Source: Mobula hypostoma
Lineage: Eukaryota
Length of the DNA stretch: 64,000 bases
Reading direction: 5' to 3'
Assembly (NCBI RefSeq): GCF_963921235.1
Contig: NC_086108.1
Coordinates: forward strand, 71,550,001 to 71,614,000
Shown: in pieces, positions 1-11,515 of the stretch
Layout: each line of letters opens with the position of its first letter
Position numbering within the stretch: position 1 is the stretch's first letter
The notes under the pieces: model-generated
The model's database searches: none
The model's input: only the letters and a program-made list of their open reading frames with translations
Told to the model about the DNA's origin: nothing
Translations under genes and position numbers: made by a program

Positions 1-849
1 TAAATTGCGGAATAGACTGGACATAAGGAACCCCCTTCGAGTGTCGCTGTCTCCCATCACCCCTCGATACGACTGTCTCGTTGAAGGGAAACAAGCCCAG
101 GGCTCCCACTGATTCAGCGATATTGGTGTGTTGCAATGATTTTATATGTTCATACGGGGAAAATATGTGCTGTGTGTTTAATATCCAAACGTTACTTAAA
201 ATGTTATGATGCTATTGACTAATAAGTGACTTATATAACCATATAACAATTACAGCATGGAAACAGGCCATCTCTGCCGTTCCAGTCCGTGCCGAACGCT
301 ACTCTCACCTCGTCCCACCGACCTGCACTCAGCCCATAACCCTCCATTCCTTTCCTGTCCATATATCAGTCCAATTTTTCGTTAAATGATAATATCGAAC
401 CTGCCTCTACCACTTCTACTGGAAGTTCGTTCAACACTTACTTATAGCTCCCCTGTCCTCCCTTGATAATTGACTTATCACTATACTCATGTGAGGAAAA
501 TATGCGCTGCGTGTTTAATATTAAATTCGTTGGATAAACCCCTTTAGAAAGGAAACTGAGTGCATTAGCCACTTATCACCTATATTCCAGTCGTGATTAA
601 CACTCCCCCCCCCGAACAGAATCGCCAAAAATGATTTGTAGGGCAAAAAAAATCGGCACGTACACGCATGCGCACTGGTGCCCGCGCAAGGCTTCATGGT
701 CATTGTAGTCTTTCTTGGGATAGACAATGTATTTGACTGCTACTCTCGTCCATTGGCAACCCTACCCTCCCACCCCCCGGTCGGCCGGTCCGCAAGAATA
801 TTGTCAATAATAAACCGGTCCGCATTGCAAAAAAGATTGTCGACCCCTG
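1..849 (+). mobile_element. 3' part of a hAT (Charlie/Buster-type) DNA transposon, truncated by the window edge
   Basis: 2-112 translates KLRNRLDIRNPLRVSLSPITPRYDCLVEGKQAQGSH*, the typical C-terminus of Charlie/Buster/ZBED5-like transposases. The element ends in a Charlie-type terminal inverted repeat (TIR), AAAAAGATTGTCGACCCCTG, at 849. Confidence 0.85.
236..437 (-). mobile_element. CR1 (HER1-type) 3' end fragment nested in the hAT 3' region
   Basis: Resembles the reverse complement of the HER1-like 3' UTR seen elsewhere in the window (acagcatggaaacaggcc...gcccataaccctc...cctgcctctaccac). Confidence 0.65.
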
Positions 850-889
850 CCATATATCTCCCTTACTACCTTATCTGCTTGCATAGACA

Positions 890-1489
890 TGTAATGCTGA
901 GCTATATCGGCTCGTATTTATCTAGGGGAAACCCCGTCCGCCAGCCAACCGTATCTCCCAGTTGCGTCAGTTGCTGTGCAATGCCACCTGATTCCACCTC
1001 AAACATCAATCGTCAGCCAGCACACAATGCACATTTTACTGATTACACTTTATAAATCTTACTAGGACTATGAGATTAATAGAGATACAATATAAAAGGA
1101 AAAGAAAAAGGCGCCAGACTTATCAAAGTTCAATTTCTTCGTGCACACAGTTGGAGCTCGGGACCTTCTTTCTTCCCCCTGCGATCCACTCTGACCTCCG
1201 CGACTCGCAGCTCGGGACCATCCAAGGTGATGGACCAGAGCGCTCCCAGCACGCCTGTCTTACTCCCGGTTTCTCCTCCAAAAGCCCACCAAAAACACTG
1301 TTTCCCAGGCATATGAGACAGAATATCACCCCAAAAAAGAATAACATGGACACCCATTGGTTCATCTTCTCTCTTATTAATAATATAACCCAAACAAGCT
1401 GCAGCGGGAGAACCTTCTCAGCATTTAACATAACAAAGAAGCCATTTTGATTAACATACACAGTAACATTAAAGAAGAAACCCCTTACA
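890..1489 (-). mobile_element. Solo LTR, 600 bp, probably Gypsy
   Basis: TGTAA...TTACA termini; flanks GACA/GACT (4-bp TSD, one mismatch); no coding sequence. Orientation is tentative. Confidence 0.65.
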
Positions 1490-2239
1490 GACTCTTTCTG
1501 TGAAATATGGACCTGGACTTATATCCCAAGATCCCAATGTACCGTAATGTTATTAAGTTGTATCATTTAGTAATACAATAATATTATATGCAAGTTCTCT
1601 CTGTATCTCAATACTGTCTTCTTTCTTCTTTCATTCGTCCTCCCAAAGTGCAACACCTCACAATTGCCCAGATTAAACTCCATCTATACTTCTCTGCCCA
1701 TCTGTAACTGTATTCTTTAATAATTCTTTACACTGTCCACAACTCCACTAATTCTGGTGTCATCCACCCATCTACATTTTTATCCATATCATTGATATAT
1801 ATCACAAACGGCGTAGGTCCCAGCAACGATGCTTGCAAAACACCGGTGGTCACAGCCAGAATAACAGCATTCCATCCCTACTGCCTGCTGTAGGCAAGCC
1901 AGTCCTGAATCCAGACTTACATTTCAGAATCAAGTTTATTATCACCGACATGAGTCTTGGAATTTGTTAACCTAGCAGCAGCAGTTAATTCTCTGCTTTA
2001 TCCTCGAGTAGACCCTCACATTAGTTATCCTCTTTTTTCTTAATACAAGTATAAAGTACCTTGTGATTCTTCTTGATCTTTCTCTCTAAGGATATTTTGT
2101 GGCTTCATTGGACCTTTCTAATTGTCTACTTGAGTACTTTCCTGTTATCTTTATATCTCACAATGGATTTTGGCTTTTTAATCCTTATGTATGCTCCTTT
2201 TTACTTGTTGACTAAATTTAGGATTTCCTGAGTCATCCT

Positions 2240-2556
2240 ATCAGATTTCCTCTTCTTCAGCCCTTTACCTCTTCCACCTATCACCTCCCAGCTTCTCACT
2301 TCATTCCCCCCATTCCCCACCCTCCCACCTTCCTCCCTCATCCGGTTTCACCTATCACCTGCCGGCTGATACTCTTTCTTCTCCCACCACCTTCTTATTC
2401 TGGCTTCTTACTCCTTCTTTTCCAGTCCTGATGAAGGATCTCAGCCTGAAACCTCGACTGCTTATTCCCCTCCATTGATGCTGCCTAATTCACTGAATTC
2501 CTCCAGCATTTTAGTGTTGCTCTGGTTTTGTAGCATTTTCAGAACCTCTTGTGTTT
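2240..2556 (+). mobile_element. Penelope-like element, pLTR/3' fragment
   Basis: Pyrimidine-rich tract, then CAGTCCTGATGA...GAAAC...GACTG and the gatgctgcc...ctgaattcctccagca tail shared with the GIY-YIG-bearing copies at 6.3-7.5, 12.3-13.0 and 63.4-64 kb. Confidence 0.8.
2423..2460 (+). ncRNA. Minimal type I hammerhead ribozyme motif (Penelope-associated)
   Basis: CAGTC-CTGATGA-AGG(ATCTCAG)CCT-GAAAC-CTC-GACTG: helix I CAGTC/GACTG, intact CUGAUGA and GAAA core, helix II AGG/CCT. Confidence 0.75.
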
Positions 2557-3269
2557 GTGGGTCACCTGAGATTCCCTTACTTTACCATCCTTATCCTGAC
2601 TGGTTTGGAACTTGCTAATGTGAACTCTGACCAGCTGGTCTTTAATCAACTCACACATGTCAGATGTGGACTTGCCCAACCTCAGCTGCTCCCAATGCCC
2701 CTTAACCCCTGTCTTATCCTGTCCTAATTTCCACTCCCCCTATTTAGTACCTTTCCACAAGATCCAGTTTTATTCTTACACATAAATACAGTATCTTAAA
2801 ACATGAGTTGTGGTCACTACTCCTAAAACGTTCACCTACTATCAGGTCTGTCACCTGGTCTGGGTCATTTCCCAAAAACGGGTCTGTATGTTTTCTCCTT
2901 CAAGTGGAGTCTCCACACACAGTTTCAAGAACCCTTCTTGGATGCACAGAAGAATTCCCTCCCCATCTAAGCCTCTTGTATTGTTTCTGGACCTTTCCAC
3001 AATCTGTCTACATATCTATCTCTCCACCTCTTGGTGATTAATTTGAAGGCCTATAGTATAACTCCCTCAGCATAATTGCACCTCTCCTGTTTCTGAGCTC
3101 GACCCAAATTGCCTTTTTTGGATGAAATCTCCAAGTGTGTCCTGTCTGACCACTGCTGTGACATTCTCCCTCATCAGTGGTGCAACCCTCCATTTCTTTT
3201 ACAACTCTCCCCCTTCCCTATCATGGCAAAAACAACAAACCTGAGGAAGATTGGCCTGCTTGGGGACAG

Positions 3270-5357
3270 TTAGCATGAGGATTGTGCTGGGCAGATCATG
3301 CCTCATAAACCTGATCGAGCTTTTTGAAGAGATAATAGAGGAGCTCGATGAGGGTGAGGAAATGAATGCTATCTAAGTGGATCAAGTTTACATTCTTTCA
3401 TTGCTGTGCAGGTGCAAGAGTTCCAAAGATTCATAACTTAATCAAAATTCACATTACAGCAAATCACATTAGAGAAATAAGGTTGTTTAGATTTATGAAA
3501 ATACTTTTCCTAGGCAAATACAAATAACATAGCAATAATTCATTCGAATATACAGAAAATCCCTCTCAGTTATCTTAATGAAGGGGAGCTTGTGTACATT
3601 ACAATATGTAAATATAAGGATTTCTTGTAGACCATTTGACACGGAAGCCTGTGACTAGTGGTGTGCCATAGGGATCGGTGCTGGGTCCGTTGTTGTTTGT
3701 TATGAATATCAATTCTCTGGATGATAATGTGGATAACAGGATCAGCAAATTTGTGGATGACACCGAGATTGGGGGTGTAGTGGACAGTGAAGAAGGCTAT
3801 CACAGCTTGCAGAGGGATCTACATCAGCTGGAAAAATGGGCCGAAAAATGGCAGATGGAGTTTAATGCAGACAAGTGTGAGGTTTTGCACTTTGGTAGGA
3901 CTAACCAGGGTAGGTCTTACACAGTGAATGGTGAGGCACTGAATAGTGTGGTAGAACAAAAGGATCTGGGAACACTGGAACATAATTCATTGAAAGTGGC
4001 GTCACAGGTAGATAGGGTTGTAAAGAAAGTTTTTGGCAGATTGGCCTTCATAAATCAATATATTGAGTTTAGAAGATGGGATGTTATGTCGAAGTTGTAT
4101 AAGACGTTAGTGAGGCTTAATTTGGAGTATTATGTGAAGTTTTGGTCACCAACCTACAGGAAATAAGTAAACAATATTGAAAGAATGCAAAGAAAATTTA
4201 CAAGGATGTGGCCGGGTCTGGAGGGCCTGAGTTATAAGGGAAGGTTGAATAGGTCAGAACTGTATTCTTTAGAGTGTAAAAGATTAAGGAGAGATTTGAT
4301 AGAGGTATACAAAATTATGATAGGTGTAGATAGGGTAAATGCAAGCAGGCTTTTTCCACTGAGGTTGGGTAGGGTTACAAGAGGTCATAGGTTTTAGATT
4401 TAGATTATGAGGACACTCAGTCCTCGTTTATTGTCATTTAGTAATGCATGCATTAAGAAATGATACAATGTTCCTCCAGTATGATATCATAGAAACACAA
4501 GACAGACCAAGACTAAAACTGACAAAAACCACATAATTATAACATATAGTTACAACAGTGCAAAGCAATACCGTAATTTGATGAAGAGCAGACCATGGGC
4601 ACGGTAAAAAAATGTCTCAAAGTCCCGATAGCCCCATCATCTCAAGCAGATGGTAGAAGGAAGAAAAACTCTCCCTGCCATGAACTTCCAGCACCGCAAA
4701 CTTGCCGCTGCAGCACCCTGGAAGCACCCGACCACAGCTGACTCTGAGTCCGTCCGAAAACTTTGAGTCTCCGACCAGCCCTCCGACGCTGAGTACCGAA
4801 CACCATCTCTGCTGAGCGCTTTGACCCCGGCCCCGGCTGCCAAGCAACAGGCAAAGCCGAGGATTCAGGGCCTTCCCCTCCAGAGATTCTGGATCGCACA
4901 TTAGCAGCGGCAGCGAACAGGGATTTCAGAAGTTTCACCAGATGTTCCTCTGTGCTCTCACGTCTGCCCCCATCAAATCAGGATTGTGCACGGCATCCTG
5001 CTTGACATATAACAGATATTCATTCTGGAGTGGCAGCTGCGCGCTGTGTCGTGCCGCCATCTTCTCTTCTTAAGGGTGGAAATTGAGGTTTAAGAGGAAC
5101 ATGAGGGGTAACTTCTCCACTCAGAGGGTGGTTAGAATGTGGAACGAGCTACCAGCACAAGTGGTGCATGCGAACTTGATTTCAACATTTAAATGAAGTT
5201 TGGACAGGTGCAAGGATAGTAAGGATATGGAGGGCTATGGTCCCGATGCAGGTCGATGGGAGTGGGCAGTTTAACTGATTTCAGCATGAACTAGATGTGT
5301 TGAAGGGCCTGTTTCTGTGCTGGACTTTTCTATGACTCTGTGACTCCATGACTCTAC
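3270..5357 (+). mobile_element. 5'-truncated CR1 (HER1-type) LINE: RT C-terminal half and 3' UTR, interrupted at 4396-5069
   Basis: ORF 3678-4166 has LGPLLF..ISKFVDDT..LQRDL..WAEKWQMEFNADKC (CR1 RT). ORF 4185-4397 has QRKFTRM..LIEVYKI..TRGH. Tail (ctatgact)n. Confidence 0.92.
4396..5069 (-). mobile_element. ~660-bp non-autonomous retroelement with Rex1/Babar-like termini, copy 1 of 4
   Basis: Sense strand starts GAAGATGGCGGC and ends GACAATAAA-GAGGAC..GTCCTC-(AATCT)n. Closely similar to 15881-16560, 55128-55774 and 58508-59155. Confidence 0.85.
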
Positions 5358-6348
5358 AACTTGAGATTAGAAACAGACTTCTAGAAGCCTGCTTCTTGTA
5401 GGAATGCTGTGCAACTTTTTCCTGAAAAAAAAAGGAATTAATATAATTTTGGCTGACCATTGTATCCATGTATCTTTGGAGTGCTGAGAAACCTGGTTAG
5501 AATGGTAAAAAAAACAGTTTTTGAATTTATACTTAATGAATACATTTTGTTGAGATTCAACACCTCACAAGCATATCTAAGGCTGGTCACTCTTTTTGGA
5601 TTGGGCTTGTACACAAGAAAGAAAAGGCAAGGGTGAATCATGCAATGATGTGTGTGGCTATTTCAGTTTATTACGTGTTTTGTACTTTTCTGTGAATGAG
5701 AGTTGTTACCTCCTTCCATTTGGTCAGGTTTTCTAACATAGTTATCCAGTAGCCTGTGTCCCCGAGCTTTAATTATTTGATTATTGCATATTGACTCTGA
5801 AAACATCGGAGGCTTCTTCCCTGTGCTGTTCTTTGGTCCTGCCTATGACAGCTGCCCTTGTGGCCTGAAGTAACCTGGCCCAAAAGCATTCATGGAATTA
5901 TCCAGTCAGATTAATTGACAATGCAGTAAGTGATCTGAGCTTTTGTCCTCACGTAACTGCTGTTCCTCAAACCTGTGCTGCCATCATTGCACTTGACTTT
6001 TGAAAGGCTGCACTCCAATAACCTTGCAAGGTTGCAGACAACTACTGCTGCATTGCACAGGCTCTATTGTCATTATTAAAATGAAAGTTTATCAAATCAG
6101 TCACTCTAGAAAACTCTTAGTTGAACATGAGGGGGCACAAATTATTTTCTTTTGTTGCACCACCTAGTTATTTGGAAAACTAATGTCTGTCAATACTTAA
6201 TGCTCTCTCCATGTTACCCCATTTAAAATCTTTGCCTTACCAAAGTCTGCAGTACACAATTGCCCTGAGTCTAGTGGGTTACTACCTCCTCCCCACCAAC
6301 CATCCAACAGACCAGGAAATAGGAAGAGCCAAACTGAGGTTCCTTCCT

Positions 6349-7494
6349 CAAACAAGAGAAAATCCAAGCAGCGCACACAAATGCTAGAAGAACTCAGCAG
6401 GCCTGGCAGCATCTATGGAAAAAAAAGTACAGTCGACATTTTGGGCTGAGACCCTTTGGCAGGACTGGAGGAAAAGAACTGAGGAGTAGATTTAAAAGGT
6501 GTGGGGAGGGGAGAGAAACACAAGGTGATAGGGGTGAAACCTGAAGGGGGAGGGATGAAGTAAAGAGTTGGGAAGTTGACTGGTGAAAGAGATAGAGGGC
6601 TGGAGAAGGGGGAGGCTGATAGAAGAGGACTGAAGGCCATGGAAGAAAGAAACAGGGGCGGGAAGGAGGAGCTCCAGAGGGAGGTGATGTGTGGGCAAGG
6701 AGCATAGGTACTTGATGAAGCGGTCTCCCAATCTACATTGGATCTCACCAATATACAAGAGGCCACACTGGGAGCACCGGACATGGTATATGACCCCAAC
6801 AGGCTCATTGGTGAAGTGTTGCCTCACCTTGAAGGACTGTTTGGGACCCTGACTGTTAGCGAGAGAGGAGGTGTAGGATCAGCTATGCTCCATCCAGCAG
6901 AAAAAGCGGGATCTCCCAGTGGCCATCCATTTTAATTCCACTTCCCATTCCCATTCAGATATGTCTATGCATGGCCTCGTTCACTGTCATGATGAAGCCC
7001 CAGTTAGATTGGAGGAGCAACACCTTATATTCTGTTTGGGTAGCCTCCAACCTGATGGCATGAACATCGACTTCTCGAACATCTGGTAAAGCCCTCCCCC
7101 ACTTCACCTTTCCCCATCCCCTTTTCCCTCTCTCACCTTATCTCCTTGCTCGCCCATCGCCCCATCGCCTCCCTCTAGTGCTCCTTCCCACCCCCCCATG
7201 AAAGACTTCTCTTTCTTCCATGGCCTTCAGTCCTCTTCTATCAGACTCTTCCTTCTCCAGCCCTCTATCTCTTTCATCAATCAACTTCCCAACTCTTTAC
7301 TTCATCCTTTCCCCTTCAGATTTCACCTGTCACCTTGTGTTTCTCTCTCCCTTCCCCCATCTTTAAAATCTGCTCCTCAGCTTTTTCCTCACCAGTCCTG
7401 TTGAAGGGTTTCAGCTGGATACATCAACTATACGGTTTTTCCATAGCTGCTGCCTAGCCTGCTGAGTTCCTCCAGCAATTTTGTGTATTTTGCT
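6349..7494. mobile_element. Penelope-like insertion made of two inverted arms within one TSD
   Basis: Minus arm has GIY-YIG (VIYHVRCSQCGLLYIGE, ORF 6492-6827) plus pLTR. Plus arm from ~6880 has the GIY-YIG C-terminus (LEEQHLIFCLGSLQPDGMNIDF) plus pLTR. Identical 14-bp TGAGGTTCCTTCCT at 6335-6348 and 7495-7508. Confidence 0.88.
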
Positions 7495-7939
7495 TGAGGT
7501 TCCTTCCTGTTGCTGGGGACTAAATCCTGTAAGTATTCACTGTCTTGAAGGATCAAGAATCAGAATTTGAAGAATAGAGGTTGCTGAAGTTTTAAAAACT
7601 TGATCATGAACATCTTGTCTGATGGTGAGACAGTATTTGGTCCTCTGTTTGTTGTTGACATTGATGTTCCCACATGAGGTATTTCTCCTTGCCAAACTAT
7701 GAACATTTCTTTCAGCTAGCTCTTCCCCATTACTGAAAGATGACTGAGTAAATAATCGGATGAGGTTTTCATTTGTTATTTAATCTGACTACTCACATAC
7801 CACAGATGACGTTCCCATGGTGTTGAGAAATCTGGACTGAAGTCCTCCACAATGTTTGATTATTCAGGCAGCTTATACCTTACATTGTTTTTTTTTGCTG
7901 TTTATGGATTTGCTTCATGAGCACGAAGAATAATAATTC

Positions 7940-9610
7940 CGATTCAGATTCAGATTTATTTGTTGCATTGAACTGTACGGTGAAATTCATCATTTCCATT
8001 AACGGGTCAACACAACCTAACGATGTACTGGGGGAAGTCTTCAGGTGTTGTCACACATTCCAATGCCAACGTACCATGGCCACCATGTTCAACAGAACAG
8101 CCCAAACAACAACAACAACAACAACACAATAACAAAACAAAACAATGGCAAAACAAGCCCCTTTTCCACCCTCCTGCCCACCCACGCACACGCAGAGCCA
8201 GGACTCCAACCACAAACCTGACTGCCTCTGGACCTTTGGCCCTGGACTGTCAGACTTGGAGATACTGAGTCTTCAACTTCCAGTCCATGGCCTGCACTTG
8301 CAGACCTGCAGCCTCAGGCACACAGACCCAGGAACTTCAAGCTTGGGGCCTCAGCCTCTGGAGTTGCTAATTTCAGTCTTGAACCTTCAGGCTTCGACAT
8401 TCAGAATCACCAGTCCATGGACATCAGCCACCCGCTTTGACCTTGGGAGTTTGCTGACCTATGGGTATTTACCCCTGGATGATGATCATAGGACTTTGAC
8501 AGCAGGCCTCAACCTCCAGACTTGCAAGTGTTACATACTTCAAGGAGATCTTGTGAGAATGATGTAATGGTCTTTTGGAGGTCACCTGATGTAATTTTCC
8601 CGCTGATGTGAGGTCACGTGATGACATGTGCACCATGGGTATATGAGGGAAGACCTCAGATGATGCAGTTAGTTTTTAGTTTTTAGTTTTCCAGCTAGAA
8701 CGTTAGTCTGTCTGCGTTTCTGTTGCATATTTATCTTATGACGCAGTTTCATTTTTAAAACGGAGTGTTAGGTTCTGTTGCAAGGTACAATAGTGCTGGA
8801 CTGGCAACTTTTGCTAGATGTGTTGATGTACCTTTTTCCAGCAGTATTGGAGAGTGAAGACTTTATCGAAGTACAGGATACGAAGGATTAAGAGAAGTTG
8901 GTATCGTTCGGCAGTTTAACAAAGGATGGACCTTATTGAGTCTTCACTGAAGAAGTAGCGACCTGCATCGAAGATAACTCTTGCCAAAAGAGCAAGGAAT
9001 TTCATGCAGGATTTGCTCTTTAGAAACTAAGGTCAGTTGTTTTAAGCCGTTTATTTCCTGCATCGTGAACCCTTTGGACAGAACCAGCAGGAAAGTCGCG
9101 TCTATGAAGAAATCCTTCTCCAGAGAAGTCTCTCCCAATTGAAAGTATAAATCTGTTGGACTTTCCAATTTACCATTTTAAGAACTGTATCTGACTTTAC
9201 TGCTTTAAGAACTGTTTTCGCATTTAACGCTTTAAGAACCATTGGCGAGTGATGGTTTGTTGAACGGCCGCATAGTGGTTAACTTCCGGTTAAGGTTTTT
9301 GTTTGTTTTTATTGTTTATCCGTGTTTAATAAATGTTTGGTTGTTTTTATATAACCTGTCTTGATTGATATTCATTGTTGCCGATTACGTAACACAAGGA
9401 ACCTCAACCCCAGGACTCAGCAACCTGGGAGCCATTGGCCCTTGTGTCTCTTGCCAGCATGGTCCTCCGATCATGGGACTAACTGACCTGGGGGGACTCA
9501 CTGCCCTGGGAGAGTCATCAGCCCTTATCCACGGGGCCCACCAACCTTGGTCATTGACCACAGGAATTGTTGGTCTTCATTCTCAGTGCCTGCTGATACA
9601 ACTCAGGTGC
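7940..9610 (-). mobile_element. Non-autonomous element with a Rex1-like tail, split by the solo LTR at 8529-9394
   Basis: (ATTCAG)n-tttatt tail at 7940. A related copy (tgaaatgcgtcatttgcatcaac...aacaacaacagc) lies at 28155-28530. Confidence 0.5.
8529..9394 (+). mobile_element. Solo LTR, 866 bp, Gypsy-like
   Basis: Perfect TGTTAC...GTAACA termini; perfect 4-bp TSD CAAG (8525-8528, 9395-9398); TATA-like motif ~8639; AATAAA at 9328; internal TTTAAGAAC repeated three times. Confidence 0.88.
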
Positions 9611-10490
9611 TTGGCCATGCAGTGTGTGAATAGGTTGTGCAGCCATTGGCCCAGCACATAGCCTTGAGGGTCATCCATGATTAGGATGATGGGAAGGGAA
9701 GAGTGGTTGGGCATCGTGACTATCTAAGGTCTGTTAGTTCGGAAGTCCAACGCCCAGTTATACAGTGATGTATTTAGACTGAGGAGTAAGGTCTGTGGGA
9801 CAATAATGTTGAATGCTGAAGTGAATCCAGAAATTTCACTCTGGCATAAGTGTTCTTGTTTTCTAGGTATGTCAGGACCAGGTGCATGACAGATGCAGTG
9901 GCATCTGTTGTAGAGCGGTTCTGTCAGTGAGCATATTGATGAGTGTCTAGTGTAGCAGGAATGAAGTATTGAAATGTGCTATTACAAGCACTTCATTGAC
10001 GATTGGCATCAGTACCTCTGGGTTGTAGACATCGTTTAGCTCTGCAGTGATGATGGTGGCTGACTTGAAGCCTGTGGGGACAGCAGCTTAGATGAGCAAA
10101 TTGTTGACAATGTCCTTGAAGATGTCAATGAGCTAGTGTGCACACTCCCTGAGTACTTGGCCTGCGATGTTATCTGGCCTGACTCCCTTACGGGGGCTGA
10201 ATCTCTGCTGTCCTTCTCATGTCCACTGGTGTTGCAGACAGTGGCTGCTCGCCTGAAAGTGGGATAGCTTTTGTGGTTGGTGTTGTGTTGTATGCCTCGA
10301 ACCAAGCATAAAAGTAGTTCAGAGGAGGGCTGTTGCCCAGGAAAAGAAAATCCAAAGATTCCTGTTGTGGGTGTACAGCCTCGCGTTTGTGAAAGTGGAA
10401 TCCCACTGTCTGGGCAATGCCGTGAAGCTGCAGTGTTTTCATGGTGAACACAGACTGAATTCACCACAGAAAGTGAAGGTTTATTCATTT
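9610..10490 (-). mobile_element. Old Rex1/Babar-like LINE RT fragment
   Basis: Degenerate PQG(C/Y)VL...LFTH motif on the minus strand near 9620-9670, with many frameshifts. Confidence 0.5.
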
Positions 10491-10989
10491 CAGTACGTTA
10501 GCTGGACATTATGGTTATGTTAACCTCTTCCGCTATGGAAGTTCATAGTAACATGAGTGAAAACTCATTTATTTACATTTTAATTGAGATTATTTAAAAA
10601 ATGTAAAATTTAAATATAACATTTTTTTCTTTTATCTCTTAATGCATTCTTTCTTCCCCTCTCATTCTGTATGTGATTGACCATTGAGAGTACCCAGTCC
10701 GGCAAAGCCCATTCTCAGTCCTTGCGGATTTTACTTCAGGATACTTCAATTTAACTGGGTGAGGAGACCCACAGATGTTTGTCTTAATCATCAGTTGGAC
10801 AGTTCCCCATGACATTATCTGCTCACAGCATTACAGTAAATATTTGAAAATCCAGGTGTGCCTGGACAAGTCTAATCTGCCAGAGGTCTTGTAGATGTTC
10901 TGCTGCAGCAATCTTCCGTTTTATTTTGTAGTTTGTGTTTTGTGATCTGGGCTCTGCTGCTAAGTTACTGCTAATATCTAGTTTCCCTT

Positions 10990-11312
10990 GAACTGAGTGA
11001 CTCGCCTATTAGGCCACTTAAGAGTTAACACAGAGGATGGGCTTGAAGTCATATATGGCACTTTCTACTACCCCACTCCCACCCAGAGGTCATTAAAGGG
11101 TTTATATCACATTCCCACAGAGTTTGAGGCTATTATTTCTAAACCTAGTTGATTTTTTCCATCAAATTTCAGGTCCTCCTCATCTATCCCACTAACCCCA
11201 GACAAAATTAAAATTTAATAACTGTCATAATGGAATTTGAACTTATTCTTTTGGATTGTTAGTCCAGTTTTCCAGATTATTATTCAGTTAATTTAGCTAC
11301 TGAGTCACCACC
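10990..11312 (-). mobile_element. Ancient tRNA-derived SINE, SacSINE1/DeuSINE-like
   Basis: Minus strand reads ggtggtgactcagtagc...ggactaacaatcc...gttcaaattccattatgacag (A/B-box-like head), then ...aactcttaagtggcctaataggcgagtcactcagtt, resembling shark DeuSINEs as I remember them. Confidence 0.55.
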
Positions 11313-11515
11313 ATTCCCTGTCATAATTGCCTGATGAAACTTAACAACAGATTAACGAATCTAAGCTAAAGGAGGAATCAAGTAACTGTCCACTCTTACA
11401 AATTGTGGGGAGGGGAAGGTGTGGAATTTCCAGTGGTGGAATCTCTTTGAAGGTGCTGGAAACTACAGAGAAGGATCTGTTGTTTGCAGTGTTTGATGGG
11501 GTGGAAGGTAAGGAC

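Larger units (their letters stand above)
1620..3240 (-). mobile_element. Heavily decayed CR1 LINE fragments (RT and endonuclease regions)
   Basis: Patchy similarity to the reverse complement of the better-preserved CR1 ORF2 copies in this window. Confidence 0.5.

Noticed and set aside
1070..1461. Overlapping ORFs of 87-126 aa
   Set aside because: They lie wholly within a solo LTR and show no protein motifs.
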